Notes: generated by a model from the sequence alone, not told the origin. Positions 38,240-50,503 are shown, numbered from the stretch's first letter. The stretch is 64,000 nucleotides of DNA from Dimorphilus gyrociliatus (GCA_904063045.1 CAJFCJ010000007.1:1270510-1334509); one strand, 5' to 3'. Program-made: numbers and translations.

Positions 38240-39957
38240 ATGGTAAGTTGTTAGAATCGCAACGAATGCAACTCGTTACTGACTTATACTTATTTCAGTC
38301 AGATCGTCCAAAGATTCTGAGCCTCTCTGATCTAGCAAAGGATGTGCTTCGTAATATTGCAATCGGCACTTTGTTAGAAGGAATTAGAAAACGTGATTTG
38401 CAAACCATCAAACAAACGATAAAGGATTATAACAACAACAAGAAAACTCTGAAGATAATCGATAATTCCGTTCTTCTCAGATGTTTAAAAGAGGCAGCCG
38501 AACAAGATAATGAAGAAATTTTTACGCTCCTCTTGAGATGCGAAGTAGGCTCTAATCTTCGTGGAAAAAGAGGAAATCGCTCATTTAAATGCCTTTATAG
38601 ATGCATAGCTCTGCACTTGATCAGATTAGGCAGAAAATACCTTTTGAAAAAGCTGCTTGAATTTACAGAAGGAGTTATTAATCCGAACAGAGAACCACCA
38701 TCAACAAATAAGCTTTTGAGAACAACATTAACTTTGGGCAGGCACGATTGTTTTCGAATTCTTCTAAACCATGTACAAGTTACAGAGAATAAAGAAGCTT
38801 TTGTCATAGTACTAAATAGCCCATTGGAAGACAAAGTTGAATTGTTTAAAAATATGCTTTCAAGAATGATTAAGGATGAAGATAGAGATCAAGCAATTCT
38901 AAAATATTGTCTGTTGGAAAATATTAGTACAGAGAACTTGAAATCCGTTCTACCATTTTTCTCATTATCAAGAAGAGGAAGAAATCATCTTTGTCATTCT
39001 ACCTTACTAAGTAATCATAAAGATTTCTTTAAATTCGCTGTAAAAGAGAAAATTTTCTCTTTTCGAAAGGAGCACGTGTACGATACTCTCTTTTACGAGT
39101 GTTCTTTTCTGGATGAGTTGTTGGAAGATTATACAACATATTATAAAGACTATTTAGATAAATTCTTCCTCCCTGTACAAAAATTCTATATTCTTCGTCG
39201 ACCATCAAAACTATATACAATCTTCACACACGATAAATTTGTTAATCAGTGTCAAAATCATATAAATGCTCTATTTGGAGGATTATTTAATTTAAACAAT
39301 TCATTTTCGGCAGATTTGGCTTGTAGAGTATGGAATATTCGTCAAATGTGGTTGACATCATTTTGTTTATTAATTCATTTTAGCCATAATCCAATTGGTT
39401 TATCTACAGACGCTATTAATCGCATGTTTGCTTGCTTGATTACGTTCTTTCTAGATGATGTTGAAACTTTAACATTTTTTGGATCACTTATAGCAACTGT
39501 CGTTTGGTATGGTTATACATACGATAACTTAACTTTAAATAATAGTTTCTTTTGGGCAATTGATGAGAAAAGTAGCTATGCATATTTTTACGAATTGTTA
39601 TTATGCATATCCGATCAAAAGTCTTTCAATCATTTGGTAAAAAGCAGAAATGGTCCTGTTTTTGTTATGCCACTCAAGTCTATGGCTAAATGGTGTGTAA
39701 GAAAGCAAATAGGGAGACCTTTTCCTCTTAGAGCTAAAAAATTGGTGGAAGATAGTAAATTACCTTTCGTTGTTACTAGTCTTCTCAATCTCGAAAAGGA
39801 AATGGAAAGCTTAGGTTTTCACAGGATTGTATTCACAGTTAAAGATGGCGAAGTAATCTTTGAAAAGAATTGTTACGAGAGTTTTGATAACGAAACAGAT
39901 ATTGGTGATGAATCTTACGATTCAACAAGTACTTTAACTAGCGAAGAAGAGTTTTAA
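38240..39957 (+). CDS. SOCS/BC-box family member 3 (ATG-only exon 38240-38242 + exon 38299-39957)
   Basis: ATG|GTAAGT...TATTTCAG is a 56-nt phase-0 intron. Motif MPLKSMAKWCVRKQIGRPF...LPFVVTSLL; acidic tail. Confidence 0.85.
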
Positions 39958-39980
39958 ATGAATTGTCAGTCTTTCACTCT

Positions 39981-40024
<44 letters not shown>

Positions 40025-40979
40025 TCTATAATAATTATTCAGGGATGCATTGTACTAAATGAATGTTTCTTTCCTTTAGTTTTTTATTCAATAATATACT
40101 TTACAAAAAATTCCCACTTGAATTAAAACATACAATTTCCGTTATTATGTTCTGTTTTTTTGTATATTACGTTATTCTTTATATTAATAAAATAACTAAT
40201 ATCATAAACTAGAGCTTTATATTGGGGGGAAGTGTACTCTGGAGAGATTTAATTCTGCTTTCTCAGCAATATAATAATGGAAATTCGTTCGTTATAAATA
40301 TCTCTCAATAATATGTCTACAAATTATCAAACACATTTACTATATAACTTTACTCCTACATTTCATTGGCTGTTTTACACTGTTTAAGTGTTATCTGCCA
40401 AAATATGATATGATAACTTATATAAGAAGATTTAAAGATCGATAACAATGTGTTTTCAAAATAATATTTTCACTATTTAAGAACTTAATGTTAAATAATA
40501 ATCATGTTATTCCTTGATTAGAAAGAGGAAATTTATTCTTGTGATATTTCGTATACGAAGGAATATTTTCGTATTTATAAAATATACTTTCATAACCAAT
40601 TGATACATTTTAAATCAGTTTAACGAAATTTGTGATTGAACAATAATAATAAAACGTAAGATAAATTCCTTAATTGAAATCACAGAGAGTTGCAATTGGA
40701 AAAGCAATACTTAGGATGTCACATGATATATATAATATTATTTGAAAATAAAGAATCCTTTGAAATCTGTTAGAAAATTTACAATTTTTGAAGATTTTAC
40801 TATGATTCTATGAAGTCGTCTTGCCTTTTGTTTTCGGCCTATAGAGTTCATCTATATTATTAGCAACGGCCATACGGAATATCTCTAGATTATTGATTAT
40901 AAAAGTGAATCATTAATAAAGCGGCTGTGTTTTTTACCTTCATGGGCAAGAAATTTACAGTTCAGTACATCAGTAAGGA

Positions 40980-42563
40980 ATGATAAAACTAGATTATTTA
41001 TTAAACCTTATTAAAGAAGATAATATAGAATCGTTGCATTTGATATTGTGTAATGGGTTAGAAGACACCAGTAGCGACATTTTAGGAAAATGTCTACAGG
41101 AATCTGCTAGGGAAAAAAGAGAAAAAATTTTTTATCTATTATCTGTCAGTTGGATTATCCAGATAAGTCGAAATTTATGCGACGAGGATCCGTTTATACC
41201 TCATTCTCCTGATAATCAACCAGCATATTTAAGCGAGTTTGCTGAACAATTGATCAATAACTTTCAAGAAAGGTTATTCTTTTTTTATAGAATTGTACAA
41301 AAGACTTTGATGACCAAAGAGCCAAATTCGTCTAATATCTCGCAAGAATTGTTGAAAAGTCTTTTAAAAGATGCTATTCACGATAAGAATTCGGATAATT
41401 TGGAAAATTCATTCGGGAATGAGCAATTGATATTGATTCTCTTTAAAAATGTTGTTAAACGAAATGATAGAGGCTGCTTAGAGATAATGATCAATTCAAA
41501 AAGAGTTGTTTATATTGCAGAGATTTTTCCAATCATACTTAAGAGCGATTTAGAAGATAAATTCGATATTTTTAAGAGAATGACAGATATTCAGCAATTT
41601 AAGCACATTAACGTCCTTGCAATTTTAAGAAATGCTATTTATAGACAGGTTAAAATTGATGTTTTGAAGAAGATTTTACCACTTTATAGATTTTCGGCAC
41701 CTGAAAAAAGAGTTGAATTGTGCAATGCAATGCTGTTGAATTCGTCTCTTGATCTTTTCCTCTACGGAGTAGGCCTAAATTTGTATGAGTTTACCGAAGA
41801 GAGTGCAATTTTCTCTATTAAAACGCCAAATCTTCCGTATTTAAAAGGTTTAATGTATAAATTTACAAACGTTTATAAGACTGCTCTGGAGAAACTACCA
41901 TTTACTATTAGTTTTAGAGTTACTTATGGCCTAATCTCACCACAGCACTTGGGTGTCATTTGTAGTCATCCACTCTTTCAAGACGACAGGAGATATTTGA
42001 ACATGTTCTTCTTAATTTTCTTCAAACCTAGGAATTTCTTCAATCTGGCTATTTATAGTTCATCTAGGCTAATTGCCCTACTGGAAGCGTTTTGGATTGA
42101 ATTAGAAAACAGTTCAGATCTACTTGGCCTCTCTCAAGAAGTATTAAACTCCGCCGTCTTATGCTTATTGAAAGATTTTTCATGTCCAAATGCTATTACC
42201 TATAGTAGAATAATTAGTGTTTTCCTACAAAATGGCTATTTGCTAAATGGTTTTAGTATTCCCAAAGAGTATCTAGATCGTAATAACGAGAAGAGTAAAA
42301 TTCAACAATCGTTACTGAACCTTTTACTGGAAAGCGCCGATCAAAGACAATATAATGAATTTATGCTTAAATCTGACGGAATCAATACCATTATGTCTTT
42401 AAAATCGATGACCAGATGGCTACTTAGAAACTTAATAAAAAGACCGTTCAAAGTCAATCTGAAGCGAATGATTAAAAGTCGTCACCTCCCTTTTTCTCTT
42501 GAATCTATTATTGCATTGGAAAAAGAGGCAAACTGTTTTGAAAGTTTGGTTTCACAAAATTAG
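40980..42563 (+). CDS. SOCS/BC-box family member 4, 527 aa, single coding exon
   Basis: Uninterrupted ORF with family motifs GLSQEVLNSA, FLQNGY, DQRQYN and MSLKSMTRWLLRNLIKRPF...LPFSLESII. Confidence 0.85.
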   Translation: MIKLDYLLNLIKEDNIESLHLILCNGLEDTSSDILGKCLQESAREKREKIFYLLSVSWIIQISRNLCDEDPFIPHSPDNQPAYLSEFAEQLINNFQERLFFFYRIVQKTLMTKEPNSSNISQELLKSLLKDAIHDKNSDNLENSFGNEQLILILFKNVVKRNDRGCLEIMINSKRVVYIAEIFPIILKSDLEDKFDIFKRMTDIQQFKHINVLAILRNAIYRQVKIDVLKKILPLYRFSAPEKRVELCNAMLLNSSLDLFLYGVGLNLYEFTEESAIFSIKTPNLPYLKGLMYKFTNVYKTALEKLPFTISFRVTYGLISPQHLGVICSHPLFQDDRRYLNMFFLIFFKPRNFFNLAIYSSSRLIALLEAFWIELENSSDLLGLSQEVLNSAVLCLLKDFSCPNAITYSRIISVFLQNGYLLNGFSIPKEYLDRNNEKSKIQQSLLNLLLESADQRQYNEFMLKSDGINTIMSLKSMTRWLLRNLIKRPFKVNLKRMIKSRHLPFSLESIIALEKEANCFESLVSQN

Positions 42564-43103
42564 TATAAATATTAATATAGGACCATTTATTTCCTTGTTA
42601 AAATAGTGAAATTTCTGCTGAAACTTAACAAAAAAAGAAAAGAAAACAGATTAGAGATAAACAGCACTCACTCTTATCATTTTCATTGTTTTGTTGTTTT
42701 ATTTTTCCTTGATTTTATCATATTAAATCTTCAGTTAAAAACAAAAGAAACTATCTATCTATCTTTTTATCTAGCTCTCTCTGTCCCTGTTATTTTTGGA
42801 GAATATAATTTAATTAAAACTTGAAAAAAGATAAAAGAAGAGAAACAATTGTTTTCGTTATGGAAATTTTTATATTTGTACAAATAGGTTCTTTTTCTTT
42901 TTTTCCTATAGAAAAAAGAAAAGATAAGATAATTAAGAAAAAGAATGAGAAAGAGTGAAAAAAAAAAAAGTTTCCTTTCTAATTAACTTTTGCAGATTTG
43001 TTAGAAAACAACTTGGCAAATTATTTACAATTTGAAAATATACATTATATAATATATGATTGTTTTTTTCTTTCTTTCTTTTTTTTTTCTTTCTTCCTTA
43101 TAT

Positions 43104-44657
43104 TTAAAATATTGAAATAAAGTTATCAAGTTCCTTTTGCACAGAGAGAATTTCTCTAAAAGAGAATGGTAGGTGTTCTTTCTCCATTAAATCATTTAAA
43201 TTCTTCTGAAACGGTCTACCAAGCGTACTTTTCACAGTCCACCTCGACATAAGTTTCAATGGCATTATTCTATTACTACCGATAATTTTCATATAGAGAT
43301 TATTGAATTGTCTTTGACTGGAAATTTCCAATAATAATTTAATGAGATTAAGTTGAAAATTATTTTTCGGATTAAGCCTTAGAAATTCATCGGTAATTTC
43401 AAAGTCATTTATTATATATCCTCTACAGATTAATATATATATTAATCTTATATATATATTCAAATAGGTTGAAAATGGATCTTCTAATATGGCTGATGTT
43501 ATTGAATTAAGTACTTCTTGAGAGAGTTCCAGTAGATTTTTATTATTTTCCAATTTGTTTAAGAGTAATTGTAGAAATTCTCTAAATTCTTCTTTGTAAT
43601 CGTTTACCAAAGTTGTATAATATTTCCCTTCGAATATGATTATTAGGAAGGAGTTTAAATAATTTTTCTCGCCTCTTATATAGCTAAATATTATCTTTAA
43701 ATTGGCGGGCGATAAGAGGCGAGGTTTTTGAAGTTGTGAATTGCTTTCCTCCTCAATCGACGCGTTATGAATGTTTTCGTAGGAAGCCATCATTATATTT
43801 AATGATTGATGATATGCGCTTAGAGAAGACATTGTTACATTTTCGGGAAGTTCAAATAACGCCAATTCAATACCTAATCGGAAAACTTGAAATGGTGCGC
43901 AAGTTAATATAATATTGCGCAATTCTGTTCGTGTATCCCTATCAGTATATTGATAATAAGGTAGAATTTTGGTAAGATTTTCAGGAGAAATGCTTCTAAA
44001 AATAACGTTACGTAGAATATTTAACACGCTTACTTTTTTAATGTTTTGATTAATAATTATCTTTTTTATAATGTCATATCTATCTTCTAATTCGCTATTT
44101 ATGATAATAAAAAGAGCTTCTCCAGTACAGATTATCTTTTTTGAGTTTATCATAATTTCTAAGCATTCTTTATCTTTTCGTTTGACGATATTCTTTAAAA
44201 GGATAAGAAGTAATCTTTCTCTATAAATCAATTCTTCTAAATGATTGGCGGTCTGGTCATTAATTGCTCTTTTAAAAATAAATAATATTTGCTCTTTTGT
44301 AAAATGGCTCTTAACCTTCATCTTTTCCTTAATTCGGCATATTTCACCCAAATTTACGTAGAGTACACGAAACCAATCTCCTAATTTATTAGTTAATTCT
44401 GTTGCGTATTCCTCAAGATATTCATCGGGGAAAGAATAAAAAAATGGGCTCTTTATCCATCCAACAAGACATATGTGAATCATCCAGCTCACAAATAGAT
44501 AATAAAATATATTTTCCCTCCCATCTTTAGCCGCCTCTTCCAAACAACTAATTAATAATTCCGTATCGATTATATCAATTTTCTCGCAAATTAAGGAATG
44601 TAAGGTTTTTATATCGTTACTTTTTATTAAATTCATCAAAATTTTCACTTCAGACAT
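43104..44657 (-). CDS. SOCS/BC-box family member 5, 517 aa, single coding exon
   Basis: Closest in sequence to member 4 (CLEIMINSK shared). Motif MPLKLMSRWTVKSTLGRPF...LPFSFREIL. Confidence 0.85.
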   Translation of the reverse strand: MSEVKILMNLIKSNDIKTLHSLICEKIDIIDTELLISCLEEAAKDGRENIFYYLFVSWMIHICLVGWIKSPFFYSFPDEYLEEYATELTNKLGDWFRVLYVNLGEICRIKEKMKVKSHFTKEQILFIFKRAINDQTANHLEELIYRERLLLILLKNIVKRKDKECLEIMINSKKIICTGEALFIIINSELEDRYDIIKKIIINQNIKKVSVLNILRNVIFRSISPENLTKILPYYQYTDRDTRTELRNIILTCAPFQVFRLGIELALFELPENVTMSSLSAYHQSLNIMMASYENIHNASIEEESNSQLQKPRLLSPANLKIIFSYIRGEKNYLNSFLIIIFEGKYYTTLVNDYKEEFREFLQLLLNKLENNKNLLELSQEVLNSITSAILEDPFSTYLNIYIRLIYILICRGYIINDFEITDEFLRLNPKNNFQLNLIKLLLEISSQRQFNNLYMKIIGSNRIMPLKLMSRWTVKSTLGRPFQKNLNDLMEKEHLPFSFREILSVQKELDNFISIF

Positions 44658-45011
44658 TATTTTAAAGCCTTAAAAATCGGCTTAATTCGTCTAACTGAAA
44701 ATTTTTATGACCAGCAAATGACCTCAAAAAAAAATAGTATTTAATAATATGTAACCACAATTTCAGAATTGAGTACATTTATAGATAAATCTAGAGAGGA
44801 GTAGTACTATTCCTTAAAAATCATATAATTCCATTGAGTCCTTATATTACTTATACATATTAAAATATATTATAATACATATATATATATGAACATTTTT
44901 ATTAAATTAACATAAATTGATAATTGATTTTATTGAAAGAATAAAGATTTTTGTAAGTTTAAGGTCATATCTACATAATAAAAATGGCGATTATAAGAAT
45001 TCTTTGTGTTT

Positions 45012-46493
45012 TTATATACTGTTCTTTATATTATCTAATTCTGTTCTAAAGCAGAGTATATTACAAAGTTTACTCCTCCACAGACCGTAACTTTGTAGAT
45101 AAGTTCTTAAATTCCTCCTTATAGGTTTTTTAATAGCTCTTAAAGTTTTCCATCTGGCTATTGAGAAGAGAGATCGTATTGAACATTTTCCATTATGTTG
45201 CTTAATGATTTGATGAAATGTCTTATCATTGCACATTTCTAAATAGGCGTATAAGAAGTTCATGTGTAAATTGTGTTTTCTTGCATGTCTATGGAATGTT
45301 AGGCTTAAACGGAAATCATCGAACAGAAAGCCGTAAAAGACTAGCTGAGCAAAAAACTTACAATAAAAACTGGCGTAGTACTGATAAGCTTCAGTTCGAC
45401 CGACAATTTTTAGATCAACTAATGAGGAAACATTGCGACTAAGAATTTGAAAGATAAAGTTAATCATTCTCTGAGAGGGTCCCGCTGCAGATTCGCTTTC
45501 TTTAAATATTACATCAAACATATCCAAAATAATATTAGGTGTATACTTTGAATTATTTGTCCAGGAAGGAAATATCTCCGGTTCTAGTAGTGGAGAAACG
45601 AAAGAATCCCATAAATCTTGACGGGGTTTGAATCTTGGGCATTGTAAGATATTTCGAAAAATTGGTAATTCCGGTAAAGCGGAACCCGAATCAAATTTTA
45701 TAACATAGATATTCTCAAAGATCTTCTCAAAAGCGTCAAAGTATATGTTCATTAAGTGATCAATAACGTTGCTCCCTTTTATGAGAAGATCAAAAGCTTG
45801 CTTTTCCGTAAGGTTTATTCTCACTGATGATTCCTCCATTTTCAAAAGCAAACGAACGTTAAATTCCCTTCCTCCGTCTAATAATAATTGAATAACTAGT
45901 AAAGTAAATTGATCTACAGTACTATCTTTGTTTAACACTTCCTTTAGACGCCTCAATTTGAGAGGTTTAGTCGTATACATAATATCTTTCATCCAATGAA
46001 ATATTTCATCATCTAAAAGTTCATCAGCTAGAACTTCGGCATTTGCAATTTTACGATATTTCTGAATTAAACAAGACGCTATGCCAACCAACCTCTCCGC
46101 TTTTGTTGAAATATCGTAACTATTCTCTTCATCTCTCACTACAACATCCTGAATTAGAGTTCTTCTCCAATCTACCGTATACATATTATCTAGAATATAT
46201 AGGCTTTCTTCTAATACTGCAACTGCAACATATTGATTTATATTCTTCTTGTGATCAAGTTTGTCAATATGATCGAAAGTTGTTGAAGGGCTACTCTTTA
46301 GAAGTTTTCTCCTTTTGGTTTTGGTCGAAGGTCTCTCGTACCAATCGGTCAGACTGAATAGTTTGTTATAGCTTTCCATAACGAACTGATTTGATTGATT
46401 AATTTTAGCTTGTTTAGGTTCCTCATCAATAATTCTTTTATAGACCGTTAATAATATAATACCAATTATTATTTTAGGTTGGAATATATGCAA
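45012..46493 (-). CDS. SOCS/BC-box family member 6 (divergent; 5' end unresolved)
   Basis: 493-codon ORF with GPSQRMINF, LVFYGF and RSLFSIARWKTLRAIKKPIRRNL. First internal ATG is at 46379. Possible upstream exons at 46831-46715 and 46613-46571. Confidence 0.75.
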   Translation of the reverse strand: MHIFQPKIIIGIILLTVYKRIIDEEPKQAKINQSNQFVMESYNKLFSLTDWYERPSTKTKRRKLLKSSPSTTFDHIDKLDHKKNINQYVAVAVLEESLYILDNMYTVDWRRTLIQDVVVRDEENSYDISTKAERLVGIASCLIQKYRKIANAEVLADELLDDEIFHWMKDIMYTTKPLKLRRLKEVLNKDSTVDQFTLLVIQLLLDGGREFNVRLLLKMEESSVRINLTEKQAFDLLIKGSNVIDHLMNIYFDAFEKIFENIYVIKFDSGSALPELPIFRNILQCPRFKPRQDLWDSFVSPLLEPEIFPSWTNNSKYTPNIILDMFDVIFKESESAAGPSQRMINFIFQILSRNVSSLVDLKIVGRTEAYQYYASFYCKFFAQLVFYGFLFDDFRLSLTFHRHARKHNLHMNFLYAYLEMCNDKTFHQIIKQHNGKCSIRSLFSIARWKTLRAIKKPIRRNLRTYLQSYGLWRSKLCNILCFRTELDNIKNSI

Positions 46494-47366
46494 TTGAGAT
46501 ATTAAATATCGAAGATAAGATACAGATAGTGAATTTTTTTTCTTAAAAAGTATAAATAAGAATTTATCACTTTCATTCCTAGGTTGAATTATACTCCGGA
46601 GAGTATCCTCTTCCTAGAAAAATAAAAAAATACTATACTTTTTGTATTTCTAAGAAATTTAGGGACGATATATAAAAAATATGGAAAAAAATAAGAAAGG
46701 AAATATATACGCACGTTTTCTGCATTGCAGATCTTTTGTAAATTTATATTGTCCATATCATCCTCTTCATTTAATTTACTCCCAAAACAATTTTCTAAAT
46801 ATTTTGTTATCGGTTTTGCTAATTTATTCATATTCTAATTAAGTGATAAAGATATTCTTTAAACTATATAAACTTAAAAAGGGAATTGATGCTTGTAAAC
46901 GAGAATAACCAAAAAGTCAAAAGGAATATAAAGATGAATAGTTGATTACATATGCAATTACAAAGTATATATAACAACTGTATAAGTAACCTTTGTTTAT
47001 ATATCGTATATATTGTATAAAAAAAGATTATTCACCATATAAAAAAGGTGTCAACGACTTTCGTTCAGAATCGTCTGGGTCAGCAGTTCTAGTTAATTAC
47101 ACATACAGTATATGTCTATATACATTAAATATACTGTATATGGTACATATACATATATTCAGATATTTAGATATATTCTGTGTGGATATACGAACTTTTT
47201 ATATGAACATTTAGCAACAGAAAGTGTTTTTATTTGAGTAAATGTCAGAAGAAAGTAAACTCGGACTCGGTGAAACACTATCCCTGTGTAGCAATGTAGA
47301 CCTTCTTTTTGCAATAAACTTTGATATTTGATTGGAAAACACGAATAATTATTACATAATTTTATA

Positions 47367-47397
<31 letters not shown>

Positions 47398-47720
47398 TAT
47401 GTGTGTGTGAAGATAATTTTTTCGTCGTTTGTTTAAAATCCCTAACAATATGTATTTATTAAAATAAATAAACAAAATAAAGTAATTCTTTTCCCAAAAT
47501 GTAATAAGAATAATAAACATAATCCCTGTCAAAAAAAATGATATGATTAGATAAGGTATCATTAGTAAAAGCTTTATAATATTCTAGTATAAAGGGAGAA
47601 GATGAAATAATGAACATAATAAGAAAATTAGAGGGCAAACGTGGAGAAAGAGGCAGCACGTGGAAGAAGATAATGATAAATATAGAAATCAGTAAAAAGA
47701 GCTTTTGACTTCTTCATATG

Positions 47721-49424
47721 CTAAATCATAATCCAATCCAATTTTCGTTTTTTAGAAAATAATAACTTATGTTTGTTTTGTAAGGAACATAATTTGAAAA
47801 AGTTATCCTGACCATCGATTAAAAGTTCATTTTCTAATACTTTATACTTAAATCTTTGTATATCAATTCCCTCTATTTCAGCATCTAAACCGAGTTGGCG
47901 TTTTGTTAAAATTGGCAAGTCTTCACCCAAAATATCCAGATTTTTACGAAATGGTCTCCTTATATGTTTTCTTATGAAAGATCTGACCATTCCTTTTAAA
48001 GACATGACAGAAATTCTCTTCTCTTTTTTCTTTACCATAAAATTAAAACTTCTTTGATCAACGGCGTGTAATAAAAAGGTAAATAAATAATTATGAATAT
48101 TATCTTCCCTTATTATTCTATAAAACACTTCTGGTAGTTTTAAGTCATCAACAGAATATCCGTACCAAATGAGAGTGACAATTAATCTATAGCATATAAT
48201 CATACCAGATTCGGAAGCTTTAATAGAACTTTGTAATAGTTTGTTGAATGCGTAATTAACAATATCCTGAGATAGTCCGGAGCTATTTTCACTGCAGTGA
48301 AGAGTTACACAAAATAGGCAAAGCCAATTATTTTCATCAACAAATGGTCCGTTAACAATTTTTGAAAAGACTTCCCTTCCGCATAAGAGTTTTAAGAAAG
48401 TATTACGATAATTCTGCTTTTGTTGAAAGTTTGGATGACTAAATATAGTAAGCATTGTAGACGCTTTTGGAAATTCAAAATTCTCAAATTTAAAAAGATC
48501 AGCATCTTCGAACAAACTTTGATAAACATTTGGATAATAAGTTAATAAGTCATTTAATATATAACATTTCCAAAGTAGAATTGAACATAGTGCGGTATCT
48601 TCGTCAAAATCGAACAATTTCAATTTCATACCGTATTGAAAAAATTCAAATTCGTGACAGCTAAATATTTTTACCGTTAAATTCTGTTTGTCTTCACCTG
48701 TGAAATCCATAAAACTTAATAAATTCTTTAAATTCTCCATAGAGACATTATGATTAACTAAATAGACAAGTAAATCCAAGTCCTTTGCATTATTTAATCT
48801 CCTATTGTTAATCATTCGTTTAATTATATCAAATTTATCTTTAATGAAGCTATTCAAAATGATATTAAAACTTTCATAAATTTTTTGAATGTTCAAACTC
48901 CTAGTTAAAATGTCTAAGCAACATCTATTGTTCCTCTCTACCGCATTATCTAATAGTAAAATAAGTAGGTCATTACTAGTCTTCCGAACATTTAGAAAGT
49001 TTCTTATTTGAAATCGAGTTTTAGTAATCGAAAGTAGGTATCGTTCCAATCGTCTTGGAGTATCCTCGACTGATAGGTTATTCGAGTCCATTTCAGCGAA
49101 TCTTAGCTCTTGCAATCTGTCGTATATGAATTTTAGGGACAACTCCACAGCGTCGCCTTCGTTAGCTTCTTTATAGAAAAACAAAAACCACCGGGCAGTT
49201 TGATATTGGAATTCTTCAACGTCACATAATTGGCACGCCCACGCCGTATAGAACAATTTAAATAGGTTCCATTTATTTCGCTTTATTGCCTCTTGCATAC
49301 CATTTAAAAGCATAAATTTATCAATAATATTATTACTTTCGATTAAACTCTCAGTTACTTTTTTATCATCCCCAAGCTTAATCGAAGAATATAGCCTATC
49401 GATAAGCTCCCTTTTAACGTCCAT
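47721..49424 (-). CDS. SOCS/BC-box family member 7, 567 aa, single coding exon
   Basis: Family motifs FSHPNF, GLSQDIVNYAF, LIWYGY, DQRSFN and MSLKGMVRSFIRKHIRRPFRKNL...LPIL. Confidence 0.85.
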   Translation of the reverse strand: MDVKRELIDRLYSSIKLGDDKKVTESLIESNNIIDKFMLLNGMQEAIKRNKWNLFKLFYTAWACQLCDVEEFQYQTARWFLFFYKEANEGDAVELSLKFIYDRLQELRFAEMDSNNLSVEDTPRRLERYLLSITKTRFQIRNFLNVRKTSNDLLILLLDNAVERNNRCCLDILTRSLNIQKIYESFNIILNSFIKDKFDIIKRMINNRRLNNAKDLDLLVYLVNHNVSMENLKNLLSFMDFTGEDKQNLTVKIFSCHEFEFFQYGMKLKLFDFDEDTALCSILLWKCYILNDLLTYYPNVYQSLFEDADLFKFENFEFPKASTMLTIFSHPNFQQKQNYRNTFLKLLCGREVFSKIVNGPFVDENNWLCLFCVTLHCSENSSGLSQDIVNYAFNKLLQSSIKASESGMIICYRLIVTLIWYGYSVDDLKLPEVFYRIIREDNIHNYLFTFLLHAVDQRSFNFMVKKKEKRISVMSLKGMVRSFIRKHIRRPFRKNLDILGEDLPILTKRQLGLDAEIEGIDIQRFKYKVLENELLIDGQDNFFKLCSLQNKHKLLFSKKRKLDWIMI

Positions 49425-50143
49425 TTTTCCTATCCTATAAGAAAAATAACATTTTAAAAAAATGACAAAAATAGATAATACGTGTTGGTTAATATTCTTA
49501 ACAACTATTTAGTTTTATTACCAGTTTAATTTATTTAAAAAGTATAGCTGTTACGATCTATTTTTTTAGAACGTAAAAAGAGAATAGCTCGAAAAAGAAT
49601 GTACTCAAAAATTTGTTCTTGTTTTTTTTTCTATAGTCTATAACATGTATGAAAAAACTTCGTCTTCGGATAGATGTATTTATAGTTAAATATGTATATA
49701 TTTCCATGTATATATAGTAAATCATATTGAACAGCTAAAGAGAGTAATAATACGAAACAATACTCTTTTTTTTTTCTAATGATGTTTTATTTCTTATCGT
49801 ATAAGCCATGATTGATCTTTTTTCCATTAACTAGGCTATATAGACATCTTTATACATACATATGTATTTTTTATGTACAATTTTCATTGTACCTTCTATA
49901 GATTTTCTTACAGAATACTAGTTTGAACATTAAAAACTGTTTTGTACTATCTTTACAAGATTGTAAAGATGATATCCTACGTCTCTTTTAAGAAAAGTGT
50001 CTATTATAGAAAATATGAGTAATTTATCCCTCTTGTATATCTATATCAGGTAATTTATTGATTTGAACAATTGCTATTTCATTCCTTTAAAAGCTAAGAT
50101 TATTTACTAATAGCTAATAAATTACTATATTCTGGATGGTAGG

Positions 50144-50344
50144 ATGAAATTGCAAAATCCAAAGAACATTATTGTATCCATAGTAACAACTAACTATATG
50201 ATACATCATAACAGCCTCCTGCTCTCAGTAATACAGGAAGCGTGGGTAGATTTTCGAATCTGCATTATACTTTTTTTTCTTCTCCCTGCCTCTTCCATCC
50301 CCTACCGAAACAGAACCGGAAAAACGTTTGCTTATTATGAATAA
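50144..50344 (+). pseudogene. Possible relic of the N-terminus of another family member
   Basis: KLQNPKNIIVSIVTTNYMIHHNSLLLSVIQEA resembles member 7 KLGDDKKVTESLIESNNIIDKFMLLNGMQEA. The ORF stops after 66 codons. Alignment by eye only. Confidence 0.3.
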
Positions 50345-50472
50345 TAATAAACACTTAAGAGAATTAAGAGTAAAAACTACGGAATAGTGTCTACTTTGAT
50401 TTTATTAGTTAAAAAGTCTAAAGAACAAAACCTACGATTGTAATATTTATAAATTTCTTATCATCATTATTA

Positions 50473-50503
50473 TCCTCCTCCTCCTCCTCCTCCTCCTCCT
50501 CCT
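50473..50503. repeat. (TCC)n trinucleotide microsatellite
   Basis: Direct reading. Confidence 0.9.
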
